From NCBI GenBank assembly GCA_023150835.1, contig JAKLKB010000014.1, positions 1-64,000 on the forward strand: a DNA stretch of 64,000 nt, written 5' to 3'. This document shows, one piece after another, positions 29,129 to 39,294 of this stretch. Origin of the DNA: Myxococcota bacterium. Lineage in GTDB: Bacteria; Myxococcota_C; UBA6777. Numbering within the stretch: position 1 is the stretch's first letter; each line of letters opens with the position of its first letter. The notes under the pieces are model-generated. The model was not told the DNA's origin. It worked only from the letters and a program-made list of their open reading frames with translations, and did not search any database. The translations under genes were made by a program, and so were the position numbers.

Positions 29129-29800
29129 TTATGCCGCGTGTTCGACCTGCGCAACATCCGCCTTTGTGCTTGCCCGAACTTCCGCTCTCATCTCTTCGAT
29201 CCATTGTTCTGCCTTTGCGATCTCAGGCGACCATTGCGTAAAGTCCGATCGGATCTCGATATCGCGTGGATCGCTTTCGTAACGATTCAGCTTGAAAAAC
29301 TCCATCTCCCGCAACACCCGCTCATCCGCAAGATACGCCATGCACACAAACACCCGAATCATCGTGCTGAGCATCCGAAACACATACACCTCGGTGTATT
29401 CGAGATCCCGCATCATCGCTTCTCGCTGTTCCGCAGACAGGCTCGAAAAGCGCCAACCACGCCGAAAAAACGCAGGAAACACAAACTCGTACATCAACAA
29501 CGTTCCCGCCACCAGATCGCGCTTGTCCGAAGAAAGCTGCGAAAATCGCACCATCAAATAATCCACAACGCCCGTCTCTTCGGCGCTATACGGGATCGCT
29601 CCCCCAGACGGCAACATCGACTGTGCCACTTCGCCCAACGTCTTTTCCATCTGACGGCGCACCGCAGGCTGATACGCCAACCCTTCGTCCAATCCCAACG
29701 CTCGCAACAAACTCCCGCCCCATTCGAGTCCACGCGACAACCATCTTGAACCCAACATCGCTTTGCTCCTTTCTTCACAAACCTGTTTGTCCTGTCTCAA
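29129..29800 (-). CDS. Gluconate 2-dehydrogenase subunit-3-like partner of the GMC enzyme
   Basis: Directly upstream of the GMC gene; RFSSLSAEQREAMM...MAYLADERV pattern; start uncertain. Confidence 0.55.
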   Translation of the reverse strand: MRQDKQVCEERSKAMLGSRWLSRGLEWGGSLLRALGLDEGLAYQPAVRRQMEKTLGEVAQSMLPSGGAIPYSAEETGVVDYLMVRFSQLSSDKRDLVAGTLLMYEFVFPAFFRRGWRFSSLSAEQREAMMRDLEYTEVYVFRMLSTMIRVFVCMAYLADERVLREMEFFKLNRYESDPRDIEIRSDFTQWSPEIAKAEQWIEEMRAEVRASTKADVAQVEHAA

Positions 29801-30642
29801 CGAACTTCTTTGTCCTGCTTTTTGCCTTCTTGCCCTTCAAACGCACCAGACAGCCACGCCAACTTCTCGCGCAAATGCGCTTGATCCGCACGCATATACG
29901 ACCGCATCACCTCTTGCGCCTCCCTCCAAGAACCTTCTTCCAACAAAGCCTGAATCCGCCAAAAAGCCCGTGGATACGACAAAAGATCACCACCCACCTC
30001 ACACGTCACAGGACTCCAAAAGCCCGCAACATACGAAGCCGAACGCTTGTAGATCTCAGACATCGGTCGATAAAAAAACCCCAACAGCAAACTATTGGCC
30101 GCGTCGATCAACGACTCAAACCATTCCAGATCCGCCACAAAGATCTCTTCTTCGGGCGCGCCACCATCGATCCGACCTTGCAACGCCACCAACCGCGACC
30201 GCATCCGCGAACGTTGCAACGCGCTACTGCGCTCACCCACCCGCCGAACCACATGCAGCAAGATCGGCTCCCGGATCTCCATAAAATCATCAATGATACC
30301 CACAACTTCTGCCGAAAAGCCCTGCGCCATAAACAAGTCCGGCAACAGACGCAAACTCCCTTGTGACCGAAAGTCCGCCACTCGCCACGATCGGCCTTGA
30401 CCACCCTCGATCAAACCGTCTGCCTTCAACATCTGCAACGCTTGCCGCAAGCTCACACGGTTCGTCTCGAACTGCTCCGAAAGCTTCTTCTCTGCTGGCA
30501 GCGGCTCTCCCACACCCAACTCCCCTCGCAAAATCAGCCGCCGCAACACCCCCGCCAACTGCTCGGGGACTGTGATCGCTTTCTTGATCGGTTCAAAGAT
30601 CGACACCACGCTCGCGCTCCTTCTTTGCGGCTCCTGTCTCAC
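29797..30642 (-). CDS. GntR family (FadR subfamily) transcriptional regulator
   Basis: ILRGELGVGEPLPAEKKLSEQFETNRVSLRQALQMLKADGLI; FCD-like C-terminus (D..F...LIDAANS); GTG 30642 chosen as start. Confidence 0.88.
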   Translation of the reverse strand: MRQEPQRRSASVVSIFEPIKKAITVPEQLAGVLRRLILRGELGVGEPLPAEKKLSEQFETNRVSLRQALQMLKADGLIEGGQGRSWRVADFRSQGSLRLLPDLFMAQGFSAEVVGIIDDFMEIREPILLHVVRRVGERSSALQRSRMRSRLVALQGRIDGGAPEEEIFVADLEWFESLIDAANSLLLGFFYRPMSEIYKRSASYVAGFWSPVTCEVGGDLLSYPRAFWRIQALLEEGSWREAQEVMRSYMRADQAHLREKLAWLSGAFEGQEGKKQDKEVR

Positions 30643-30649
30643 GCCTGAC

Positions 30650-30666
30650 AACTTGTTAAACAAGTT
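30650..30666. promoter_or_regulatory. Palindromic GntR/FadR-type operator candidate
   Basis: aacttgtt-a-aacaagtt perfect 8-bp inverted repeat just upstream of the regulator start; overlaps a TATAAC -10-like box on the - strand. Confidence 0.6.
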
Positions 30667-30812
30667 ATACAGCGAGATCAAAAAAGCACAAGCGATGTTT
30701 TGTCACAAGATGGTCAAAGCAGTCTGCGGCTTGCGTTTGCTGCGTGCAGAGCCATTGTTTGAAGGGAGGGGGCAAGCGAGAAGCGAAGACAGGAGCGGTG
30801 GATCTCGCTTGG

Positions 30813-30864
30813 TTTTGTGGGGTTGGAACCCCACGCCCCGCAAGGAGCGAAGCCCCTTGACCCC
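30813..30864. repeat. Dispersed two-hairpin repeat, copy 1
   Basis: ttttgtggggt..accccacgccc..caagg..cccttgaccc; second copy at 56353-56405. Confidence 0.7.
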
Positions 30865-30973
30865 GAGAGGGGCGGGGTGAGCAGGAGTGTTTCAAACAAG
30901 CGATGGTACCGCGAGAAGTGTTGTGGAAACGGACATCGAAAGGCGCGGTTAGGCAAGAAAAGGAAAAGCGACC

Positions 30974-31468
30974 ATGCGAGAACAACGGACGAGGCCGAAG
31001 GACGGCAGAAAAGCAAAGCGATTTGTGTGGATGGGAGGGATCGCGATCGGTTTGTGCAGCGTGATGGGTACGGCGTGGTCGGAGCCATCGCCACGACCGA
31101 ACCCCACCAAAACGGACAAGGACTCACCGAAGAAAAAAGACGAGGCGACAAAACGAATGGAAGCGTTGTATGTGGGGCGTTGGTTGCACGAAGGCGATCG
31201 AGCGACGTTGGAGATCAAAGCGGGTGGGCAATTTACGATCGATCACAACTCGCCCGCAGGTCGGATGCGTAGCACAGGAAAATGGACCGCAACAGAAAAG
31301 CAGATCACGCTTGTGTACGCAGGGTCCGGCCACAAGGCGACCTACGATCTCGGGCGCACCCAAACCCAGATGCTCTTGATGCACAAAGGCCAATTCGCCT
31401 TCTTCAAAGTCGCGCACACCCCGCCTCCCAAACCTGCCCGACCCAAAGAAGACGAAAACAAAAACTAG
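30974..31468 (+). CDS. Hypothetical exported protein
   Basis: Signal-peptide-like segment, then a beta-rich domain (VGRW...STGKW). Confidence 0.6.
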   Translation: MREQRTRPKDGRKAKRFVWMGGIAIGLCSVMGTAWSEPSPRPNPTKTDKDSPKKKDEATKRMEALYVGRWLHEGDRATLEIKAGGQFTIDHNSPAGRMRSTGKWTATEKQITLVYAGSGHKATYDLGRTQTQMLLMHKGQFAFFKVAHTPPPKPARPKEDENKN

Positions 31469-31675
31469 GTTTTGTTTTGATAGGGTGGACAAATATTTTT
31501 ACCTCGCCTCGACACTTCGTGCCACCCCTCTCCAAGCGGACGCTCACAAAGTTCGCTGCGCAGAGAAGAGAAAAAGGTACAAGATTCTCGGAGTCTCTGT
31601 CTTTTTTCTGCCTTCTTTCCGTGTATTCCGTGGACTTTTCTCTGCCTCATCCAAACTCCCGTACGCTCCCCCAGA

Positions 31676-32350
31676 TCATCCGACAAGTTCTTGTTTCTTC
31701 GGATATGGCGGATATGCAGCCAGAATCAACCGAACCACAACCACCCCCCCCCACACCAACAAGCCTCCTCCCGCGATCTGCAACAAACGCGGAACGGTAT
31801 AGGGCGAAAGTTGTTGTGCGATCCATGCGATTCCCAACGTCCCGCCCAAAGGAATTCCCACCACAGCCCGCTTCCATCCGCTCGGAACAGCGGGGAACAG
31901 CCACAACAAAGCTCCCAAACACCACACCCACGCAAGCCAGATGGCTTGGGCATGAAAGACAGCAGGCCATGTGTACGGACGTATCAGCTTGGGCAGACGC
32001 GCCGCAGCTTGCCACTTGCGGAAGTCCAAGGCTTCTTCTGTATGGCACCTCGCACAATTCGCCCGAAGATGCGGTGTCAGTTGTTTGTAGAACGGTAAAC
32101 GACGCGCACCATCACGCACCCACGCAGCGATCCGTTGTTGAAGCTCCGATGAGATCAGGGCCTGCGAAGGATGCGACAGAAGCCGCTTGATCAAGGGGGT
32201 GTCTTCGACCGAGAGCGACGAAGGGCGCGAAGAAGGATGACGCGACGAAGACCCCCAAAGGACGGGGAAAGTCGAACGCCCCAAGAGCAACAACAAAACA
32301 ACAGCCGCCACCACCACACCAACGGAAAAAAAAGACGCCTGTGGTTTCAC
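31676..32350 (-). CDS. Membrane protein with a single CxxCH motif (possible c-type cytochrome)
   Basis: N-terminal TM, ANCARCH, three C-terminal TM segments; 10 bp downstream of the flavoprotein gene. Confidence 0.5.
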   Translation of the reverse strand: MKPQASFFSVGVVVAAVVLLLLLGRSTFPVLWGSSSRHPSSRPSSLSVEDTPLIKRLLSHPSQALISSELQQRIAAWVRDGARRLPFYKQLTPHLRANCARCHTEEALDFRKWQAAARLPKLIRPYTWPAVFHAQAIWLAWVWCLGALLWLFPAVPSGWKRAVVGIPLGGTLGIAWIAQQLSPYTVPRLLQIAGGGLLVWGGVVVVRLILAAYPPYPKKQELVG

Positions 32351-32360
32351 AGATCAACCT

Positions 32361-34082
32361 CTATTGTATCGAAGTAAAGGGGTGTTTGATACGACGCAAG
32401 GCTTCTTCGGCGATGCCTACGCTGTACATCGAGACCTGTTCAAAAACGGCCAATCCACCGACATCACAATGCGCAAACAAGATCTGCCCACAAGGTTGTT
32501 GCATCTTTCGGCGGTCTTCGCCAAACAAAAACCCGGGATAAGCGGCGTGCATCGCGTGTCCCCAACGGAAGATATCGATGTGCGTCACGATATCGGGCAT
32601 CTCAGGGTGCATCCGTGTCAACTCCTCAAGGATCTGCGAAGCCCAAAAGTCCCATCCTTCGCGCAAAAGCGACCGTCGTTCTTGATCGGGAGAAGAGGCA
32701 AAACAAGCATAAAAGGTCAGGGTGGTTTGCTCGTCTTCTTCGGCGTCCGAGGTAGGCAGATCATCGGCGTAGATGTAGCCTTGCGACCAACTGCGAAAGC
32801 CAAAGTTTTCCCATGCGATCGGAGTCTTGGACGGAAAAGAAGGGCGGCGACGGCAACGCAGATTCGCAACGATCCACGGGATATAACGCATCTGCCGAAA
32901 CTCCGAACGTCCAAGCGCCGTCAGTTCGGGGATGCAAGGATAAGCGAGATATTTGGGGGCTGCAAAGATCGCACAGCGCGCTGCGATCGTCTCGATCTTA
33001 CGGGTGTTGAGATCCAAAAAGGTGACACGCACCCCTTCGGGTACATTGCGCACCCGCAAAACCATCTGGCTTGTCCGACACGATGCAGGAGAGATGCGCC
33101 GCAAAAGCTGACGCACCAAAAAGGCGTTGCCTTCGGGCCAAGACATCTTTCGATCGGTGGGGTCGATGGCTTCGACTTCGGGAGGAAGGGCAAAGTCTTT
33201 GGCGGGGGGGACTTTTTTACGCGGGGCCAGCGAAGCGTAGTATTGCAAGCCAGCCCACGCCGAGATCGATTCGATGGGAAGGGAGAATTCGTCGATACAA
33301 CGATCGTTGATCGACCAGCGCAAAACGCCCGAATCAAGGCGATGTTCTTGCAAAAAGGCGAGCATGGTCATGCGTTCAAGGCGTACAACGCTATCGGCCC
33401 GACTCACCGAATCAAGAGGAAAGCCAAAGGCTCGTTTGCCCGAAGGATCGAGCCAGTTCGACCAATGAGAAGCGATCTGCTCGAAGCGTTCGAGATCTTG
33501 GTAATCGCTGGCTTTCATCAAGTGCCACGGATAACGGCCTTGTGACCATGCGCCCTTTGCAAAGATATTTCGATGAGGAAGTCGCACGATGTGGCGAGGA
33601 TCGCAGATCGGCTGTTGATCGCTCGGATGGTATCCGATGATCAAGCCGCAATCTTCGTAGATCTTGCACAACGAGCGGAGTTCTTTGCTGGGTGGATCGA
33701 CGTAATGCGCGCCCCACGGATAGCGATGGCCTGCGCGAGATCCGCTCTTGGCGGTTCCTCCCATCTCAGAAGCCCGTTCGAGGATCACAAAGTCCGTCAT
33801 CCCGGCCTGTTGCATCCGCCAAGCTGCACATAAGCCCGATACGCCACCCCCGATGATCGCCACGCCAAATTGTTTTGTGGGTACTTGTTCTTGAAAAGCA
33901 AAGCCGCCATCCCGCCATCGATGGCCGACTTCGACATCATCCCCAACGATCGCGCCGCTGATCCCGCGCAAACGGGCCTGTTGCTCTGTCCAAGGCAGCG
34001 CCCCCCACCACGAGATCCCTCCCGCCAATCCAGCCAAACCCAACGCCTTTAACAGTTCACGCCGACTGATCTCGTGTGCCAC
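32361..34082 (-). CDS. Tat-signal FAD-dependent oxidoreductase (amine oxidase-like)
   Basis: ISRRELLKALGLAGLAGG twin-arginine signal; IIGGGVSGLCAAW; YPWGAHY; RWGHAM; GTG 34082 with RBS aaggag. Confidence 0.85.
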   Translation of the reverse strand: MAHEISRRELLKALGLAGLAGGISWWGALPWTEQQARLRGISGAIVGDDVEVGHRWRDGGFAFQEQVPTKQFGVAIIGGGVSGLCAAWRMQQAGMTDFVILERASEMGGTAKSGSRAGHRYPWGAHYVDPPSKELRSLCKIYEDCGLIIGYHPSDQQPICDPRHIVRLPHRNIFAKGAWSQGRYPWHLMKASDYQDLERFEQIASHWSNWLDPSGKRAFGFPLDSVSRADSVVRLERMTMLAFLQEHRLDSGVLRWSINDRCIDEFSLPIESISAWAGLQYYASLAPRKKVPPAKDFALPPEVEAIDPTDRKMSWPEGNAFLVRQLLRRISPASCRTSQMVLRVRNVPEGVRVTFLDLNTRKIETIAARCAIFAAPKYLAYPCIPELTALGRSEFRQMRYIPWIVANLRCRRRPSFPSKTPIAWENFGFRSWSQGYIYADDLPTSDAEEDEQTTLTFYACFASSPDQERRSLLREGWDFWASQILEELTRMHPEMPDIVTHIDIFRWGHAMHAAYPGFLFGEDRRKMQQPCGQILFAHCDVGGLAVFEQVSMYSVGIAEEALRRIKHPFTSIQ

Positions 34083-34117
34083 CGACACGCTCCTTTCCAG
34101 ACGCTCGCCCTCGGCGG

Positions 34118-35302
34118 CTAGGCCCCAAGGCTCTCGACACAAAAGGCCCGATGCAAGGCACGTTGCACGTCGTCTGCGCAAGCCAACGGGACGGCAAACG
34201 ACATCCGCAAAGGAGCCGTCCAGACGCGCCACTGCGCAGCCTCTAAGATCCCGCGTACAGCTTGATTTGCACGCACCAAAGCCCCCGCTATATCGCCCGA
34301 TTGGGAACCGATCACGCTGACAACCGCTTTTTCTTCTGCGATCGCGGGCCAACGCAAGCGCGCAACCGCCGCATCCAACTCGGGATACGCATCTCGCCAA
34401 AAAGCCACCTCGATCTGCTGGCCCCCCCAAAAACTTAACGATGGATGCAGACCTTGCGCCGCCAATTGCGCTTGATAAGCGGCCTCGTCTGCTTCGGCGT
34501 ACGGCACAGACAACCAACACAACGGACGCAAGCAAGTGATCGCCATCTTTGTCTTGGGTTCGGCGTCCAGATCACGGCGGATCAAGGTGTATCCTTCGCT
34601 CCCTGCGGTCGCTTTTGCGTACAACGCGATCCCATGCTCACGCGCAAAACGCACAGCTTCGGCGTGCAGCACCTTCGCGCCCATCCGCGCCATCTCTTCC
34701 ATCTCATCGTATCCCAAGCTATCAAGGCGCTTTGCATCCAAGACCACTCGCGGATCGGCATCGTACACACCGTCCACATCCGAATAGATCTCGCAGGACC
34801 CTGCCCCCAAAGCCGCAGCCAAGGCCACCGCCGTGGTGTCCGATCCACCCCGTCCCAATGTCGTGATCTCGCGCTTGTACGACATCCCCTGAAAGCCCGC
34901 AACGATCACGATCTTTCCACGCGCAAGTTCGTCTTGGATACGGATCGGGCGCACCTCGATGATCTGCGCTTCAAAGTGCCGATCGTTGGTCAAGATCCCG
35001 CTTTGCGATCCCGTAAAAGAGATCGCCTCGTACCCGTGTGCTTGGATCGCCATCGACAACAGCGCCATACTGATGCGCTCACCCGTACTCAACAACATAT
35101 CCAACTCACGACGCGGTGGTTCGGGCGTGATCTCATGCGCCATCTTCATCAAACGGTTGGTGGTATCGCCCATCGCCGACACCACCACCACCACCTGAAA
35201 GCCCTGACGCTTCGCTTCAACCACCCGCTCCGCCACCCGCAACAGCCGTCCCACATCCGCCACCGAAGATCCACCGTACTTTTGCACTCGGATCGCTGTC
35301 AT
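34118..35302 (-). CDS. lysC: Aspartate kinase
   Basis: [59 protein letters not shown]; divergent ACT-like C-terminus. Confidence 0.93.
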   Translation of the reverse strand: MTAIRVQKYGGSSVADVGRLLRVAERVVEAKRQGFQVVVVVSAMGDTTNRLMKMAHEITPEPPRRELDMLLSTGERISMALLSMAIQAHGYEAISFTGSQSGILTNDRHFEAQIIEVRPIRIQDELARGKIVIVAGFQGMSYKREITTLGRGGSDTTAVALAAALGAGSCEIYSDVDGVYDADPRVVLDAKRLDSLGYDEMEEMARMGAKVLHAEAVRFAREHGIALYAKATAGSEGYTLIRRDLDAEPKTKMAITCLRPLCWLSVPYAEADEAAYQAQLAAQGLHPSLSFWGGQQIEVAFWRDAYPELDAAVARLRWPAIAEEKAVVSVIGSQSGDIAGALVRANQAVRGILEAAQWRVWTAPLRMSFAVPLACADDVQRALHRAFCVESLGA

Positions 35303-35579
35303 CCTCGCCTTGCTCCTTCTCCATCGCGCCGATCGACTGTGCCGTCCGCCCCGCCCCTCCGCCAACCTCGCCCCGCTTCAACTTGACAGACGGTGCGGGA
35401 CAAGCTTCTCTACACGTTGCCGAACGATACGCGATCACGCACCTTTGCGCTTTTTCCTTCCGCTGGCACCCTCACCTCGGAAGCCTTGTACCCGAAACGC
35501 TGCGTATCCACAAGCCCAAAACAATCTCTCTTCTTCCGTCTCTGCGGTCCAGCCGCCCAAGCTCATACGGAAAATCAAC

Positions 35580-38522
35580 ATGCGTCTATCTCAAAAGCTT
35601 TGCTCTCTTTTTCTCCTTTCTGCCTTCGCTGTCGTTGCATCCGCCCCATCCACCTCACAAGCCCAAAACAAACGCGCCCGTTTTGCCCACCCCACCCCCA
35701 ACTCGGTAAGTAGCGGAAAACCCCTTCGCATCGAAGGTCGCATCCTGTTTATGGACGATCTTGATTACGCCGAGTTTCGTTTTCGCCCCCTCAACAGCAA
35801 AGGCTCTTATACCACCCTTCGCCTCAAGCAGCAGGGCAACCGCTTTTTTGTGGTGCTACCCAAAAACGTCGTTCAGCCCCCCGGATTCGAGTATTACGTC
35901 GTTGGTTTGGACTTCAACCAACGCCCCAAGATCCTCTTTGGCTCGATCTTTCAACCCCAACAAGTGATCGTCCTCTCGGGTAGCGATACCGATCCTGACA
36001 AAGATCCCGAAAAAGACGGCAAGGACGGAAAAGACGGCAAGGATGGGAAAGACGGAACGGACGGAAAAGACGGCAAAGACAGCACACCCGTGAAAGCAGG
36101 CCCGGGAGAACAACTCAGCACGGCCCTGACCACCACAGGCACCTCACGCCGCGAACAAGAAGCGCACAAAGCCCCCGGCATCGTGACTGTGATCACCGCC
36201 AACGATATCTACCAACACGGCTGGCGTACCTTAACCGATATCCTTCGTTATGGCGCAGCCTTGGACGTCAACGACGACGGAAGCTGGCCTGATATCGGGA
36301 TGCGCGGCGTCAACGTCAGCCGCAGCAAAGGCCGGGGGATCTTGTTTCTGCTCGACGGATACGATATGTCTTGGCGGCAACTTCACCAAAATCTGCTCAG
36401 CCCCGCATGGATCGCCGTCGACGATATCGAACGGATCGAAGTGATACGTGGCCCGATGGCTGGTATATGGGGCGCAAACGCGATGCACGGCGTGGTGCAT
36501 ATCATCACCAAACGCGGCGCACAAATGAACGGGATCGGCGCAACCCTCGGCGTCAGCCCTGTTAGCGGCTCGCACTTGATGACGGTACGCGGTGGAAAAC
36601 GCTTTCAATCGGGCGTCGAGATCTACTCCACTCTCTCGATCAACCAGATGTTCCGTTCTCCCACCCTCGCCCCAAACTACGAATTCTCCCGCCTGACCAA
36701 ACCCATCCTCTACACCCCCCTCCAAGATCAAAACTATGCACAAAACTTTTACACCCGCATCAGTTGGGAAGGCTTGTATCTCAGCGTCCGCCAAGGCCGT
36801 TATGAGACCACCGCCCCGATGAATCCGTACAGCGTGCTCGGGGGCGACGAAAGCCGCTTTGTGACCGATCGCGTGATCACACGCATCGGATGGGGCGGAG
36901 CCGTCGGTTCTTGGGGCCGTTTGGATATCTGGGGAAGCTATGACCGCGCACAGCTTTCTCCCGGAAGCAACGTGGTCTTCCGCCCATTCAACACCCAAGT
37001 CGGAACCGATCAAGCCCGGGGACGCATCGCGGGCTACTTCATCCTGCAAAAACCCTCCACCGCCGATCCCAATACCCCCGAGCCTGTCGGAACCTTCCCT
37101 GCCTGTGATCCAAGCACCCAAGCCAGCCTTCGCTGCGTCCGACGCCAAAATGTCAAAACCACAGACGCCAACGGAAAAGAAGTCGTTCAAACCAACGCTT
37201 GCCTTTTGCTACCCAACAAAGATACTGACCCAAAGCCTTTTGGGACCGTCACCCCCGATCAAAAATACAATGTTTGGTTCCCCGCCACCGATTGTCTCGA
37301 AACCAGCACCAACGGCAAATACCGCAGCGAGATCCGCGCCGCAGACAACCGCATCCAACTCGGCACGCAACTCAGCATGACCTTCGCCAAAAGCTTCCGT
37401 TTGCTGATCGGCGGCGAATTCGAGTACTTGATCTCCAATATGCTCCACTTTCCGAGCCGTTGGGCCGAAGACGCCAAAACGGACAGCGATCTGCGCTCCC
37501 CAGACTTTACCAACTATCGCCTCGGACTCTGGACTCAAGCACAATACGCCTTTCGTGAGATCTTTGAGATCAGCGCCGCCCTTCGCCTCGACGTCGATCA
37601 ACGCTGGGGCGCACGCTTTAGCCCACAAGCCGCCTTTGTGCTCACACCCGGCGCAGGGATCTTCGGAAAAATCCACTACGGCTGGGGATATCGCGCCCCC
37701 TCTCTTTACGAACTCTCTCACTTCGAAGACACACGCTACGGAAACCCCAACCTCAAAAATGAAGAAGTCCACACCATCAGCGCCGAGATCGGCTGGCGAA
37801 GCGACAAGCTCCTACAAGTCTCCGCCACAGGATACGCCTCCTTTTACAACAACACCATCGACTACGAATCCCGCAACGCCAACCTACCCCTCGAAGGTCT
37901 CGATAACCTCCCCTTCAAAAACCGACCCTCCGGCCCTTATCAACAACTGATCAACAACGAAAAAGGCTATTCTTCGATGGGCGCAGAAGCCAACTTCCGC
38001 CTCTTCCCTGTCGGCGGATTCGAACTCTTCGCAAGCTTCGGAGTCTTCTTCGCAACCCGTGAACAAACCGATCCCAAAACCAAAGAAGTCTTTTCCGAGC
38101 GCCTCTTCTATTCTGCCGCTCTCTCCGCCAATCTCGTCGCCACCTATCGCACACGCGTCTTCCAAAAAACCGATCTGATCGCCTCCCTCGGACTGCTTTA
38201 TGTGGGCTCAAAACTCACCCAATTCAGCGCCTACAACGGAACAGGCGTCCTCCCCGCCAACACCGTCAAAGATCAAACCGCCCCACAAAACACTCCCTCT
38301 TGGGAAACCTCCAAAGATCCCCGATCTCCCGACCCCCAAGCCAATGGATACATCCACCTCCACCTCAACCTCCAACTCGTCAACATCCTCGATCACTTCG
38401 ATCTCGTCCTCCGACTCAATAACCTCCTCGGACCCACCTCCCCCACCTACGACGCCGGTGATCCCTTCCTCTATCCACACGCCGGACTTGAATTCTTTAC
38501 TTGGCTTCGACTCCGCTACTAA
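35580..38522 (+). CDS. TonB-dependent receptor with N-terminal extension
   Basis: Signal peptide; plug motifs APGIVTVIT and IERIEVIRGP...GANAMHGVVHIITK; GYRAPSLYEL; GNPNLKNE; C-terminal LRLRY. Confidence 0.9.
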   Translation: MRLSQKLCSLFLLSAFAVVASAPSTSQAQNKRARFAHPTPNSVSSGKPLRIEGRILFMDDLDYAEFRFRPLNSKGSYTTLRLKQQGNRFFVVLPKNVVQPPGFEYYVVGLDFNQRPKILFGSIFQPQQVIVLSGSDTDPDKDPEKDGKDGKDGKDGKDGTDGKDGKDSTPVKAGPGEQLSTALTTTGTSRREQEAHKAPGIVTVITANDIYQHGWRTLTDILRYGAALDVNDDGSWPDIGMRGVNVSRSKGRGILFLLDGYDMSWRQLHQNLLSPAWIAVDDIERIEVIRGPMAGIWGANAMHGVVHIITKRGAQMNGIGATLGVSPVSGSHLMTVRGGKRFQSGVEIYSTLSINQMFRSPTLAPNYEFSRLTKPILYTPLQDQNYAQNFYTRISWEGLYLSVRQGRYETTAPMNPYSVLGGDESRFVTDRVITRIGWGGAVGSWGRLDIWGSYDRAQLSPGSNVVFRPFNTQVGTDQARGRIAGYFILQKPSTADPNTPEPVGTFPACDPSTQASLRCVRRQNVKTTDANGKEVVQTNACLLLPNKDTDPKPFGTVTPDQKYNVWFPATDCLETSTNGKYRSEIRAADNRIQLGTQLSMTFAKSFRLLIGGEFEYLISNMLHFPSRWAEDAKTDSDLRSPDFTNYRLGLWTQAQYAFREIFEISAALRLDVDQRWGARFSPQAAFVLTPGAGIFGKIHYGWGYRAPSLYELSHFEDTRYGNPNLKNEEVHTISAEIGWRSDKLLQVSATGYASFYNNTIDYESRNANLPLEGLDNLPFKNRPSGPYQQLINNEKGYSSMGAEANFRLFPVGGFELFASFGVFFATREQTDPKTKEVFSERLFYSAALSANLVATYRTRVFQKTDLIASLGLLYVGSKLTQFSAYNGTGVLPANTVKDQTAPQNTPSWETSKDPRSPDPQANGYIHLHLNLQLVNILDHFDLVLRLNNLLGPTSPTYDAGDPFLYPHAGLEFFTWLRLRY

Positions 38523-39029
38523 CCCGATCACGCACCCTGCAGATCTCGTCTGACTGCCCTCGTCTCCTCTCGCTCCCACCCACAAAAAACCTGCCGTGTC
38601 ACGTTGTGACATCCCTCTTCTCTACACTTTGCCACATTCTATCAACTGAAAATCTTCATTAGATTCAATCAGATAGAAATAAATTGAAATTTTACTTGCG
38701 CTCATCCAAAACCTTCGCTATTTACTGAACAAGAAGTTGGTGAACATCTGCGATGAATGAAAGATTGCACACGCTGTATCAATCGTTCATCCTTGTACAA
38801 AAAAACAGTTTGGTGAAGACGCCTCACACCCCGTTGCCGCCTCACCTCACCATCTTCCCCTCGTTGTGGGAGGGTTCTCCGCCCCTCACACAACGCCCCT
38901 TTTCTTTGCGCCCCTTTGCTGAAAAGCACCTAACGGCTCGAAAATGCCGAATGCAAGGCAAAAAAAAAGCTGTGGTACAAAACCACAGCCAGTCACACAC
39001 AAAAACATATACTTTTTTACTCACTATCA

Positions 39030-39142
39030 CACGAAATCCGCCCGTTGCGTTATCGTAAAGAGGTAGGGGCAAACAGGTGTGGCTGCCCAAGAATCGGGCG
39101 TCTACAAACGATGCCTTGTGTACGCATCACTCGGATATCGTA
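39030..39142 (+). mobile_element. REP-containing MITE-like element
   Basis: acgaaatccgcccgttgcgttatcgtaaa...gtaggggca...tggctgccc...cggatatcgta. Confidence 0.7.
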
Positions 39143-39294
39143 AAAGTCGATCAATCCGAGGCGTTAATCCTCCAAGCCTTCGACTTGATGAGTAAGAATT
39201 CTATCGAATTCTACTTCAAACTCTTTATCAACCGCACGCAACCATACAACCCAACGCAATCTTTCGCACAACAGGCCCCACCCGGGCCTCGCGC

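Noticed and set aside
34083-34535. N-terminal extension of the 724-aa flavoprotein ORF
   Set aside because: It overlaps aspartate kinase in another frame; an RBS and a Tat signal support the start at 34082.
35303-35579. Lysine or cobalamin riboswitch between aspartate kinase and the TonB receptor
   Set aside because: I could not find the conserved core motifs by eye; an Infernal/Rfam search would settle it.
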